NCBI RefSeq assembly: GCF_006345805.1
Contig: NC_043010.1
Coordinates: 52,514,001-52,578,000, forward strand
Direction: 5' to 3'
Length of the DNA: 64,000 bases
Source: Octopus sinensis
Lineage: Eukaryota
Made by a program: the position numbers and the translations under genes. A model generated the notes under the pieces. That model was not told the origin of the DNA. It saw nothing but the letters and a program-made list of their open reading frames with translations, and made no database searches. Positions 49,881 through 61,634 of this stretch are shown here, in pieces. How positions within the stretch are numbered: position 1 is the stretch's first letter; each line of letters starts with the position of its first letter.

Positions 49881-50891
49881 CTAGCATTAAAGATCCATCG
49901 TTGCCAGGTCATAGTGCTAGTGCATGTATATATGTGTATATATATGTGTGTACATATTACATGTACATCTATATATATACATCTACACATAAAATACAAA
50001 ATACAAAGTTATATCTTGATATCGCTAGTGATAACAATACACAAAATATATAACAGACTGGAATTGTTAGCCTGTCTCTTGTAATTTCGATCAATTGTAT
50101 CTTGTCCTCCCTCTTGTATAGAAGTGTGGCTACAATCCAGCCTTCCTCTACTTCTGGGGTGGGGTGGGGGCATTTTAAATTTTTTTCCGGGACGTCCTAC
50201 ATCCCAGATATAAAGGTAAAAATAAAATATTTCCACTTTGCAAGTTCAAGTCGAGTACTCCCTTGCACGCTCCGTTGACTCGAACCTTGCTTCTATTGTG
50301 GCGAATTTACCGCCTCTGATTACATACCTTTCATAGTCGCACCAAGACACTTTTCGAAGGTGCTTTCCTCCATGTGTTCAAATCTTCTTTTTTCTCTACA
50401 TTGTATACTTTATAGACAATAGTCTTTTCTTTAATTTAATTTTTTATTATCCATCTGGACTATTCAATTTCTGCACGCTAATTTTATTTTTAATTTATTC
50501 CCATTCATGTGAAAACACTTATTCAAGTTCAAATCATTGATGCAATTTTATACCAATTGCTATTTTTACTTTTGTCATGTTACTTTAGTTTGATTTTAAT
50601 TATTACTTACTACATATAATTCAATTGTTATTATTATTTTTATTGTTAACGTGAAAGTATCTGACATAAAATAGAGAAACGTTTTTGTTTCACTTTTAAC
50701 AGGTAATACTGAAATAGTGGAGAAGATATGATATTGCTATGGGCTCGCTCTAGGCAAGAAGTTGAACATTTTTTTGCCCATGAAACTACATGGACCCTAA
50801 GTAAGGCATGTGTAAAATTTGAATGAAATTAGTTGTGTAGTTCTCAAGTTTTAGGGAAACACACAGACAGACAGACACACATTCTCAGTTT

Positions 50892-50900
<9 letters not shown>
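49881..50900 (-). mobile_element. Non-autonomous Helitron, second family (~1 kb)
   Basis: 3' hairpin followed by TTTAATGCTAG^T; 5' end ATATATAAAACTGAGAATGTGTG merges into (TA)n. Homologous to 53491-54176. Confidence 0.8.
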
Positions 50901-50910
<10 letters not shown>

Positions 50911-50922
<12 letters not shown>

Positions 50923-51102
50923 TTAGAGACAAAACCACTATTATGCAAATCAAACAAAGAAAGACTTAATCCAATACATAAAAAATTTATATAAATTAAA
51001 TATAATTAATATATAATTTATATAAATTTTTTTATGTATTGGATTAAGTCTTTCTTTGTTTGATTTGCATAATAGTGGTTTTGTCTCTAATTAATATTAT
51101 AT
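50911..51102. repeat. ~190-bp AT-rich near-perfect palindrome
   Basis: AATATTAATTAGAGACAAAACCACT... and ...AGTGGTTTTGTCTCTAATTAATATT. The adjoining 51103-51190 is the reverse complement of 38268-38360. Confidence 0.9.
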
Positions 51103-52612
51103 TATATTTTACTATAAAATTGGATTCAATCCTAAATCTGATTTTTCCCTGTAAATTTGGATTTATTCCCTAATATTTATTATTATTATATATATATATA
51201 TAATATATATATATATATATTTATATATTGTATATGTATGTATGTATTCCTCTAACTTAAGGGTTCACTAAAATACAGCAAGAAAATGATTACCAGGCTT
51301 AAATTTACCAAAAAAAGTGTTGTTAAGCCGAGGAAAAAAACATTTTCGGACATTTAACTCTTATTTTTAGCATATCGAGTTTTCTGGTGAGGGCTTAATA
51401 CTTTTTTTTGTCAACTGTTTCAGGAGAAATTTATGCATGTGTAAACGAACATACCATGCAATGTGTCTGTCGCATTTTGTTTTTTCACACTGTTTTACTT
51501 ATGCTGATAACATGTTTCTGTATCGACTTACTCTTTTTCTCTGCTCACGCAGAAAAAAAAAATTAACTAGGTCAGAAAAAAGAAAAACCGAAAGAACTTA
51601 TCACTTTGACAAAGGAAACTGTTTATATGCAACTACACTGCCACCTACTGCAAATGTCAAAGTGACATACAAAAATAACCTGAGAATTAATGGCTATCCA
51701 ACAAGATAACAATGCTATTCTTATATTTAGAAACAAGGGCAATTAAAGATTCCCCGAAAAAAAAAAAAAGACTCCACTGTCCTGTGAACATCAGAAGCAA
51801 CTCCTTAATAACTGTATGTCAGTTAAAAAGTTCTATACAATGATATATTTAATAAAATGTTATAGTTTGCTGAAAGTATTGTATATGATATGTAACATTG
51901 AAAGTCATAAATACTAAACAATAGCCTTCTATCTCTTTCAACGTTACAATAATATGTTTGTTTGTATTTCACGATCTTTATACCCTTGTAAATGCACATA
52001 TGCTCCTATTACTGTTCTGACAAAATATTAATCACCTAGCACTTACTAACCACTGTTCTCGTAATTTCTGCTTTCTTAAGTGAACCACTTTGGTTTCCCC
52101 ATAATTCTCTGGAAATAGCAGACGAATTTTCACAGAATCCCAGTTGCAGAACGTGTGTGATTTTGTGAGGGACTTGAGGTGCGACAGTTTTAATAAATAC
52201 AAGCAGCCAGACAATATTGATATATTTTAATATATTTTATATTATCAGGCGGGGGTACCACAATTGACACATTAACTCAAAAAAAGTAAATATTCTCAAT
52301 TCTTAACCTGTCCATAAACAATTATTCATTAAGATTGCAGCAGGTATTAATGGTATTCTAACTAAAAATTCATCTGGTGTTGTCCATTTGTCATCCCACA
52401 CAAGTGAAGGTGTTGTTCATAAATTGAAAAATTTCAATTCAACTGTTAAACCTGTCAGTCCATCAGCAGTTGTTGGATTTGTCACCATTCCCACTGCCAA
52501 CGTATGACACATTATTAACATTTGTATCATATCTAGTGTTCTTAAAACAGCTGAACTTGAACATGAACAGCAAAGATTAAACAGTTTGACTCAGAGAAAA
52601 CCACAAGAAATA

Positions 52613-53073
52613 CTGTAAATCCTCGAGTATAATCCGCATTTTTTCCCAAACATTTAAAGGTCAAAATCCCTAGTGCATACTGTATACGAGGTTAAAAATA
52701 AAAAATATTTTCTAAGCAATGTCCGAGTCTCTATTTGCTGTCCGGCAATGTTTATTCAGACGCATTTTATGATGTCGGGCGCGAAAATACCTTAAATCAT
52801 CCATAACTTGCAACATTTATTAAACGTTTTGACTGTTATTTCTTTATTTTCTGCAAACAAAATGCACAAAAAAGCTACACGTTTGCATTATGTTATATAT
52901 ACAATAATAATAAAGGACGTTACCGTATACATTTTTACAAACCAAGGACGTTATATAGACCTCCTTGACTCAAGTTAGAGAAGGGGTGCATATTATACAC
53001 AAGGTTTAGGTTTTTCAAAGGTACAGCCCCCTAAAAATCCCCTCAAGGGCGGACTATACTCAAGGATTTAGGG
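52613..53073. mobile_element. Tc1/pogo-type MITE with TA TSD
   Basis: TA|CTGTAAATCCTCGAGTATAATCCGC...GCGGACTATACTCAAGGATTTAGGG|TA. Confidence 0.82.
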
Positions 53074-53259
53074 TATTTAAATTCTACATTATTGGGTTCA
53101 TGGATAATTTCTTAACACCAATGTATTGCTAAAGGCTATTTAAAAAAGGAGCAGGAAAAATGAGCCAATTAGACATCATGTAAGAAATACAGTGCAGTGA
53201 ATAAATTGTGTAAATTATGCAAAAATGAAAATAATACTGACATATCATTTTAACAGATA

Positions 53260-54176
53260 TATTTACCAAAATTACACAAAAATATCTTGAAATACTTAAG
53301 AGTAAATTTTTTTAATAAAATTGCCTGGGTCTGCATTAGGCAAGAAGTTGAAAATTTTTTTGGCCTATGACACTCCATGGACCCTAAGTAAAGCATGTGT
53401 AAACTTTGAATGAAATCAGTTCGGTACTTCTTGAGTTTTAGGGATTCACACAGACAAACAAACACACATTCTCAGTTATATATATATATACTAGCATTAA
53501 AGACCCGTCATTGCCGGGTCATAGTGCTAGTGCATGTATATATGTGTACATATTACATGTACATCTATATATATACATCTACACATAAAATGCAAAATAA
53601 AAAGTTATATCTTGATATCGCTAGTGATAACAATACTCAAAATATATAACAGACTGGAATTGTTAGCTCTTCTTTTTTCTCTACATTGTATACTTTATAG
53701 ACAATAGTCTTTTCTTTAATTTAATTTTTTATTATCCATCTGGACTATTCAATTTCTGCACGCTAATTTTATTTTTAATTTATTCCCATTCATATGAAAC
53801 CAGTTCAAATCATTAATGCAATTTTATACCAATTGCTATTTTTACTTTTGCTATGTTACGATTATATTATACTTTAGTTTGATTTTAATTATTACTTACT
53901 ACATATAATTCAATTGTTATTATTATTTTTATTGTTAAAATGAAAGCATCTGACATAAAATAGAGAACTATTTTTGTTTCACTTTTAACACGTAATACTG
54001 AAATAGTGGAGAAGATATGATATTGCTATGGGCTCGCTCTAGGCAAGAAGTTGAACATTTTTTTTGTCCATGAAACTACATGGACCCTAAGTAAGGCATG
54101 TGTAAAATTTGAATGAAATTGGTTATGTAGCTCAGGTTTTAGGGAAACACACAGACAGACAGACAGACACACATTC
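53260..54176 (-). mobile_element. Two abutting Helitron copies (53260-53490 partial; 53491-54176 internally deleted)
   Basis: CTAG end at 53491, hairpin GACCCGTCATTGCCGGGTC at 53502-53520; lacks the segment corresponding to about 50072-50385. Confidence 0.8.
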
Positions 54177-54463
54177 CTCACCATGCAGGCGACAGGCACA
54201 GCCATAAGATTCATTACGAATCTATAGCAATTGGAAGGACGTGACCCAACTGAAATAAACATTAACAACTGTGTGACGTGAAGGCTAAGGAGAAATGAAA
54301 TATATATTTAAGCGTAAAGATATATATATATATACAGATTTATATGTATATATGTTTGTATGTATGTATATAAATATGTACATATATATGTATATATACA
54401 TATTTATGTGTGTGTGTATACACTCATAGATCATAGTTAAGCTCCAGGTTTGGTGATTAAGCG

Positions 54464-54916
54464 AATAAGGAGTCTAATGTAGGTCATATACAGTATGTGT
54501 ATATATGAAAAATTATTTTTCAGAATGAAATTAAAAACCAAGGCTGTGAAGATTTTAGAACATTTATAAATAGGTCGTACAGTTGTTTCCAGGATATTTA
54601 TTTCATCCCTTCATCAGAGACAGTGTGAGAAGATGGTTAAGCAATAGTTAATTTAAATAAGATACGAAATAGAGAGTGAATTGGAGGAATGACAATGGAT
54701 GTGAGATATGCAGGGGTACTGCATTTGTAGATCTTTTATTTAGGCAGAATGGTATACATATAAGATTCCAATACCTTGTGAGTAAATTCCAATAGTATTT
54801 AAAATTGGTCATTCCAAGTACAGAGTTAGTACACAGTGCTACTGAATCAAGTGTTTTATTTAAAATTTTCGAAAACCTTCACAGCCTTGATTTTTTTTTA
54901 TCTTATACTGAAAAAG

Positions 54917-54953
<37 letters not shown>

Positions 54954-55112
54954 TGCATATACTTGTATAGCTGGGGGTGGGCAGGGGCGGCACTTTCATC
55001 CTGTTGTAGGCTATTGCTATAGGCAATGTGTATTTTGTGGAGTCCGGGGGCAACATCCACTCTTACCACGCTAGTGTGTCTGTGTGTGTTAGTGTATATA
55101 AATATATATATG
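54464..55112 (-). repeat. ~650-bp direct repeat, copy 1, hammerhead-bearing
   Basis: Matches 57932-58592; hammerhead motif at 54574-54621. Confidence 0.9.
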
Positions 55113-56160
55113 AACTGTGTATGTGTGTCTTTGAGATATTTTGTCCCCAGCCACCGCTTGACTAATGATGTTATTATGTTTACACCCCGTGTTTTCAAGC
55201 TGTTTGCCAAAAGAAACCTGTAGAATAAGTACTTGGCCTGGCCTAAAATGGAGTCCCATGGCCACAATCAAATAATTGAAACAAGTAAAAGATAAATATA
55301 CAGATTGCTTATGGAAAAGACACTATGCTAATAAATTATAGAAGTCTTATTGAATTAATTAAACATGTAGGTTTGTTTGATATAAATGTATGAGAATGAA
55401 TACAATTAAACAAACTCACCTGTATCTCTTGAGTAATATAAAGTTCTTTCTGTGAAGCAGAGGAAGTCAGTCTTATAAAGTTTATTGATTTGAGTTTCTG
55501 GGTAAACTTTAGTTTCACTTTTAGTTTATTGTTATCAGTTACCAAATAGTTTTTATTGTGATTAACAATGCCTGCTGAAATGGGAAATTAATCAGTGTTC
55601 ATGCTTGCGTACGTGTGTGCATTTGTGTGTGATAATGCCCCAGAATTCATGACAAATCATTATTTTCACTTTGGCATATCTAGAGATATGTACCCCACCT
55701 GACTTTGTTGCCTCATAACTTCCTGAAAAAGGGATGCTTTTTACGGAAATTTTCAACAGATACTTCATAGATGTTGTGAATTCAGAGTATATAGGGATCC
55801 ACGGAAGGAGACTTTTCGGTAAAAGAATGAAAACATTTTCAAAAGAAAGGTGTACAATTTAAGGGAGATTTGGCTGTTGTTTCTAGCGTATCCCAAACCA
55901 CCCTTAGTTTTCACTCTCACACGTATTGATGTTTTTCCGGATCTTTTCAATTTGACCGGCAGATTTTTAAAATAATTTCTTTGTAATTAAACACTTTTAA
56001 ACTTTGTATACTGGTAGAATGTGTTACATAAAACATCTTTTTTTCTTGGCTTTCTTGAGAAAATTCTGTAGTTTGTAAGCTATTTCTTATTAAATTTCTT
56101 GCATTTCAGCAATTTCAACCAATCAATGAGGTCCATTGAGGTGAATACAATTTCTGCGGT

Positions 56161-56196
<36 letters not shown>

Positions 56197-56267
56197 TGTA
56201 TATATATGTGTACATATATATGTATGCATATATATCTATATATCTATATATACATATATATATGTGT

Positions 56268-56568
56268 GGAGGTGCAATGGCCCAGTGGTTAGGGCAGCAG
56301 ACTCGTGGTTGTAGGATCATGGTTTTGATTCCCTGACTGGGCGTTGTGATTGTTTATTGAGCGAAAACACCTAAAGTTCCACATGGCTCCAGCAGGTGGT
56401 GGTGGTGATCCCTGCTGTACTTTTTCGCCACAACTTTCTCTCACTCTTTCTTCTGTTGGCCTGCTCGCTTAGGGGTGGGGTGGCGTCATTTGAAGGCTAA
56501 AGCAATGCAAAGCGCATTGTGACCAGCGATGTGTAGCAACATCTGATAGCTTGGTCAGTCACGGTGAT
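56268..56568 (+). mobile_element. SINE family C
   Basis: Match to 4053-4334. Confidence 0.88.
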
Positions 56569-56584
56569 ATATATATATATATAT

Positions 56585-57910
56585 ATCATCATCATCATCA
56601 TCATCATCATCTAATGTCCGTTCACCATGCTAGCATGGGTTGGACGGTTCAACCAGGATCTGGGAAGCCAGAAGGCTGCACCAGGCTCCAGTCTGATCTG
56701 GCAGTGTTTCTACAGCTGGATGCCCTTCCTAACGCCAACCACTCCGTGAGTGTAGTGGGTGCTTTTTACGTGCCACCAGCACAGGGATCATGACTACAAT
56801 TTCTATTGATTTTTGATGTTGTTGTACTTGACTCAATAGGGCTCCTCAAGCACAGGGTTGAAACGGTGTTTCTTTACTTGCCACCTGCACAGGAGTCAGT
56901 CCAGCAGCACTAGTAACTGCCGGGTGTCAGTCATAGGATTGGTTCAATTTTGATTCCGATTTCACTTGCCCCAACTGGTCTTCACAAGCAGAGTTTAGTG
57001 TCCAATAAAGGGAAGTTGGCATGGGTGCCTGTTGTCGGATGAGGTTCGATTTCGAATTCAATTTCGACTTCATTTGCCTCAACAGGTCTTCGTGTGTCCA
57101 AGGAAAGAAAGGCATGCATAACAGGGCTAGCTTCATCCCTGGCAAGGGACACAGGATGGACTTATTTGTCCTGCCGGGTCTTCTCACGCACAGCATATTT
57201 CCAAAGGTCTCAGTCACTAGTCATTGCCTCAGTGAGGCCTAATGTTCGAAGGTCGTGCTTCACCACCTCGTCTCAGGTTTTCCTGGGTCTATCTCTTCCA
57301 TGGGTTCCCTCATCCGCTAGGGATTGGCATTTTTCACACACCTATCTTCATCCATTCTCACCACATGACCATACCAGCGCAATCGTCTCTCTTGCACACC
57401 ACAGTTGATGCTTCTTAGATCCAACTTTTCTCTCAAGGTACTTACACTCTGTCGAGTATGTACACTGACATTACACATCCATCGGAGCATACTGGCTTCA
57501 TTCCTTGTGAGCTTATGCATATCCTCAGTAGTCACGGCCCATGTTTCCCTGCCATGTAGTATGGCTGTTCGCACACATGAATCATACAGTCTGCCTTTTA
57601 CTCTGAGCGAGAGGCCTTTTGTCACCAGCAGAGGTAAGAGCTCCCTGAACTTTGCCCAGGCTATTCTTACTCTAGCAGTTACACTTTCAGCACCCCCACC
57701 CCCGCTACTGACTTGGTCATCTAGGTAACGGGAGCTATCAACTACTTCTAGTTTCCCCCCTCTGGAAAGTGACAGAAGTCGTTTTCTGCAGATTTTCAGT
57801 GCTTATTGCTCCTGAGCATCTGCCACATATAAAAACTATCTTCCCAGTTAGCCTACCTTTGACATTACTGCACCTCTTATGTGTCCATAGCTTACACTGG
57901 GTACAGATGT
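56585..57910 (-). mobile_element. 5'-truncated RTE-clade LINE with (GAT)n tail
   Basis: LSLRVKGRLYDSCVRTAILHGRETWA..RRLRWYGHVVRM. Confidence 0.9.
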
Positions 57911-57931
57911 AAGCGTATACAAGATTATGCA

Positions 57932-58386
57932 AATAAGGAGTCTAACGTAGGTCATATACAGTATGTGTATATATGAAAAATTATTTTTCAGAATGAAATT
58001 AAAAACCAAAGCTGTGGAGATTTTAGAACATTTATAAATAGGTCTTACAGCTGTTTCCAGGATATTTATTACATCCCTTCATCAGAGACAGTGTGAGAAG
58101 ATGGTTAAACAATAGTTAATTTAAATAAGATACGAAATAGAGAGTGAAGTGGAGGAATGACAATGGATGTGAGATATGCAGGGGTACTGCATTTGTAGAT
58201 CTTTTATTTAGGCAGAATGGTATACATATAAGATTCCAATACCTTGTGAGTAAAATCCAATAGTATTTAAAATTGGTCATTCCAAGTACAGAGTTAGTAC
58301 ACAGTGCTACTGAATCAAGTGTTTTATTTAAAATTTTCGAAAACCTTCACAGCCTTGGTATTTTTTATCTCATTCTGAAAACGAAT

Positions 58387-58442
<56 letters not shown>

Positions 58443-58592
58443 GTACATGCACATACTAGTATAGCTGGGGGTGGGAAGGGGCGGCACATTCATCCTGTTG
58501 TAGGCTATTGCTATAGGCCATGTGTATTTTGTGGAGTCCGGGGGTGACATCCACTCTAGCCACGCTAGTGTGTGTGTATAAATATATATATG
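57932..58592 (-). repeat. ~660-bp direct repeat, copy 2, hammerhead-bearing
   Basis: Matches 54464-55112 at an offset of 3468 bp. Confidence 0.9.
58042..58089 (-). ncRNA. Minimal type I hammerhead motif with palindromic stem III
   Basis: GUCU CUGAUGA A GGGAUGU-AAUAA-AUAUCCU G GAAA CAGCUG UA AGAC; ACAGCUGU palindrome; GUA triplet. Confidence 0.72.
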
Positions 58593-58594
58593 TA

Positions 58595-59774
58595 AAATTA
58601 TTCGCGGAACACCTTCGTGACATCCACCTTGCGAACGACACACCGGTCTCACGCCATTTCCGCTCCACCGGTCACTCCTTGCAACACCTATCTGTGTTCG
58701 GTTTGTCCTTACACAGAGGCCATCCGGATTCCCGTTTGCGCCGTGAACAGGAATTAATCTTCTCTCTTCGCTCTTATACGCCATTTGGTCTCAACTCTCC
58801 CCCCCTCCTCATCTAACCCCCCTCTCCCCCCTCCTCACCTATCCTTTCTCCCCCCGACCCCTACTTCTTCAGTCCTTCATCCTTTCACCCCTACTCCCCT
58901 TCCCTTCTTCCCTCTTTCTCCCTCCCTCTTCCCCTTCCCTCTGCTCCCTCACTCCCTCTCTCCCCTTCTCTCTCTCCCCCTCTCCCTCTTTCCTCCTTCA
59001 TCCCCCTCCTCACCTTCCTTCTCCCCCATCGTCTCCTCTTCCCCTTCTCCCCCATCGTCTCCTCTTCCCCTTCTCCTTCCCCTCCCCTTCTCTCCCCCTC
59101 CCCCTCTTCTCCTCACTACACCACATGACTTTACACATCACATCACATATGATGTGCCATACTAATACACACACCAACTAATACATACTAATACGTACTA
59201 ATACATACTAGTACATACTAATACTTACACCAACCCTATACATACACACGTCCAGACCCCGCATACGCACTTATACTCTCTCACACACACACACCTATAC
59301 ATACCAATACGTACTATACATACTAATACATACTAATACATACACCAACCCCATACATACGCACGTCCAGACCAATCTTACGCACTAATACTCTCTCATA
59401 CACACACACACACACACACACCCTTATACATACTAATACATACACCAACCCTATACATACACACATCCAGACCCCTTCCACGCACTTTTAGCTGGTCCCT
59501 ATTATCTCCCCTTATTTCGCTCTCGCGTCTCATGTTTGATCTTTGACCTCTGGCCGAAATCAGATCGCCATGTTGATTCGTTAGCTACTGCACGCATTTT
59601 TTTTCTCTCCTTCTTTCTGTGTTTTTCTCTCTCTGTGTATCTTTCTGTTGAAGAGCGTAGGCTCGAAACGTTAAAGACTTGTTTTATTTATATTTCCTGA
59701 GCGCCATACTAATACAATTGTTCGTTTGTTTTCCACCTGCCTTCGTCTTTTGTTTATTTTCATAAAGCTTCCCG

Positions 59775-59790
<16 letters not shown>
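58595..59790 (+). mobile_element. Penelope-like 3' fragment: GIY-YIG C-terminus and terminal repeat
   Basis: FAEHLRDIHLANDTPVSRHFRSTGH..RLRREQELIFSLRSYTPFGLN; hammerhead-like motif at 59640-59677; 59681-59760 is related in reverse to 38715-38790. Confidence 0.85.
59640..59677 (+). ncRNA. Minimal hammerhead motif with a variant core
   Basis: UCUUU CUGUUGA A GAGC-GUAG-GCUC GAAA CGUU AAAGA; the conserved A6 is U, so it is probably inactive. Confidence 0.55.
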
Positions 59791-59810
<20 letters not shown>

Positions 59811-60014
59811 TGAATTCTTACCAAATATGGTCATTTCCATACAGAAAAAACTATTAGGTGAAATTTATTAATTTTAATTAATGAATTATATTTCACCCTT
59901 TATGTGTATTGAATACTATTACTCCCATACAATTAATTTGCGAAACTTCATTTCGTTGGTAATGTTTTTGTAACTCACGTGGTAATTTTGGAGGGAGATA
60001 CGAATTCGCCTGTC

Positions 60015-60286
60015 TATATAAATGTAGAGATGCTAGCGGACCGTTATATCATTCGATGTAGCCTGATCGAGTTGGTGTAATGGGTGTGTTTTTTTCCTAG
60101 CATTTCTAGATTTATAGGAAATATTATATTGACAAGCAAATGAACTTTCGGTTCTAATCCAGAAACGGATTCGTCTATAATTAATCCAATAGACTGGGAT
60201 TTCGTGGCTGTTTCTTGTGTGGTCAGTGGCTAGAGCTAAAAAGGTCTAGAACTGAAAGACGTTGAAAGGAGGAGGAGAAGGTGAGT
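60015..60286 (+). promoter_or_regulatory. Possible TATA box and first exon of a rightward transcript
   Basis: TATATAAA at 60015-60022 and a consensus donor AAG|GTGAGT at 60280/60281 in non-repetitive sequence. Motif evidence only. Confidence 0.3.
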
Positions 60287-61593
60287 TTTTATAAGAAACA
60301 GTAGGTTCAAACGGGGTTGTGAGCAGGTTGTCCCACGTGATCTTAGTTATACTTAGCAGTTGGCGCAATCAGAGAAGTGGCCACAATGTGATCCAAATAG
60401 TGGCCAAAGGCTAGCTGTAACCTGCTACATTCGAAAGCACGTATATACAATAAAGGGGAGAGGGGAATTTCACTCGAGTGTATGCTACACAAGAGTGCAA
60501 ACAGGAGTGCATTTTGCATGGAAAGCCAACATAGAAGTTCCTCACATGTGATCTACCACACTGGAGTTAACACAGCTTAAGCAAAACATTTTGTAAATAA
60601 CGAGTATACTTTGCTGAACATGTGGTCAGAGAAAAATAGCTGTAGTAGGCACATTTCAGTGTAACTCATGCATGCTGTCCTAGCGTAGGCAAAGAGAGAG
60701 AGAGAGAGAGAGAGATTCTTGCTTCATGCTTCTTGGCGTCTTAGCAGACAGAGAGAAAGAAAGATCACAACAACCGGAATATACAGGTGTCAGCTGCGAC
60801 GCTACTTGGTGGAACTTACCAGCAAAGCGATGTAATTTAGCTAATCATGCTAGTCTACTACAGTGCTAACAGAACATTTGTGTTTAAGTGGGAATAAGTA
60901 TTACTTCTCGGTTTGAATACTTCCTATGTCACTAATACACAAACATATAGTAAGTGTAGAAATGTTCGTATGTATTCTTGCTTGCTTTCTGTAGCTCAAC
61001 TTTGCCATCATATGGTTTTAATTTCAAACTTACACCTTCTGTTTTGAACATGATATTTTATCAACATTGAAATATTTTAATTTAATTTTGATTTGTCCAC
61101 ATTGAAATTTATAACGATGTTTTTACACTTTTACCATTGATGAACAAAAAGTATTGTTGAAACTTGGAGGAATTACGTCTGATTTGGGTGTAAAAGTGCA
61201 AGTAGGACACTGCTGTTGAAAAGACTAGAACACAGGGTCTTGTCTGTCTTTGTTTCGAGCATCTCTTTTACTGAAGTAAATTATTTCCATCCTGCCAATA
61301 TTCTCTTCGGAATTTCAGCATCCATGTCTTGATGCGTATTCAGTGTATCTCAAGCAGGCGTATTTTATCTTCTCGATTTCGTCGCTTCCTATCTCTTTTC
61401 ATTTTTGTGTTGTGTTTTCGGGCCGCATGTATATCATTTTCATGCGGCTCACTTCAGAAGCTTGCTGCTGAGTTATGGATGTTCAACTCTGTCAACCTGG
61501 CCTGAATCACTAATCTACGGTTTTGGCGATGAGTACGATGTCATCTATCTATCTGTGTGTGTGTGTGTGTGTATCTATGTATGTATGTATGCA

Positions 61594-61633
<40 letters not shown>

Positions 61634-61634
<1 letters not shown>

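Noticed and set aside
54464-58592. The two ~650-bp repeats as LTRs of an LTR retrotransposon
   Set aside because: No TG..CA termini, PBS, PPT or gag-pol between them; kept only as a hammerhead-bearing duplication.
58785-59165. 126-aa Pro/Ser/Leu-rich ORF
   Set aside because: Translation of the polypyrimidine tract.
61200-61500. Possible decayed RTE C-terminus on the minus strand (KIRLLEIH..RI)
   Set aside because: Similarity is too short and interrupted to support a call.
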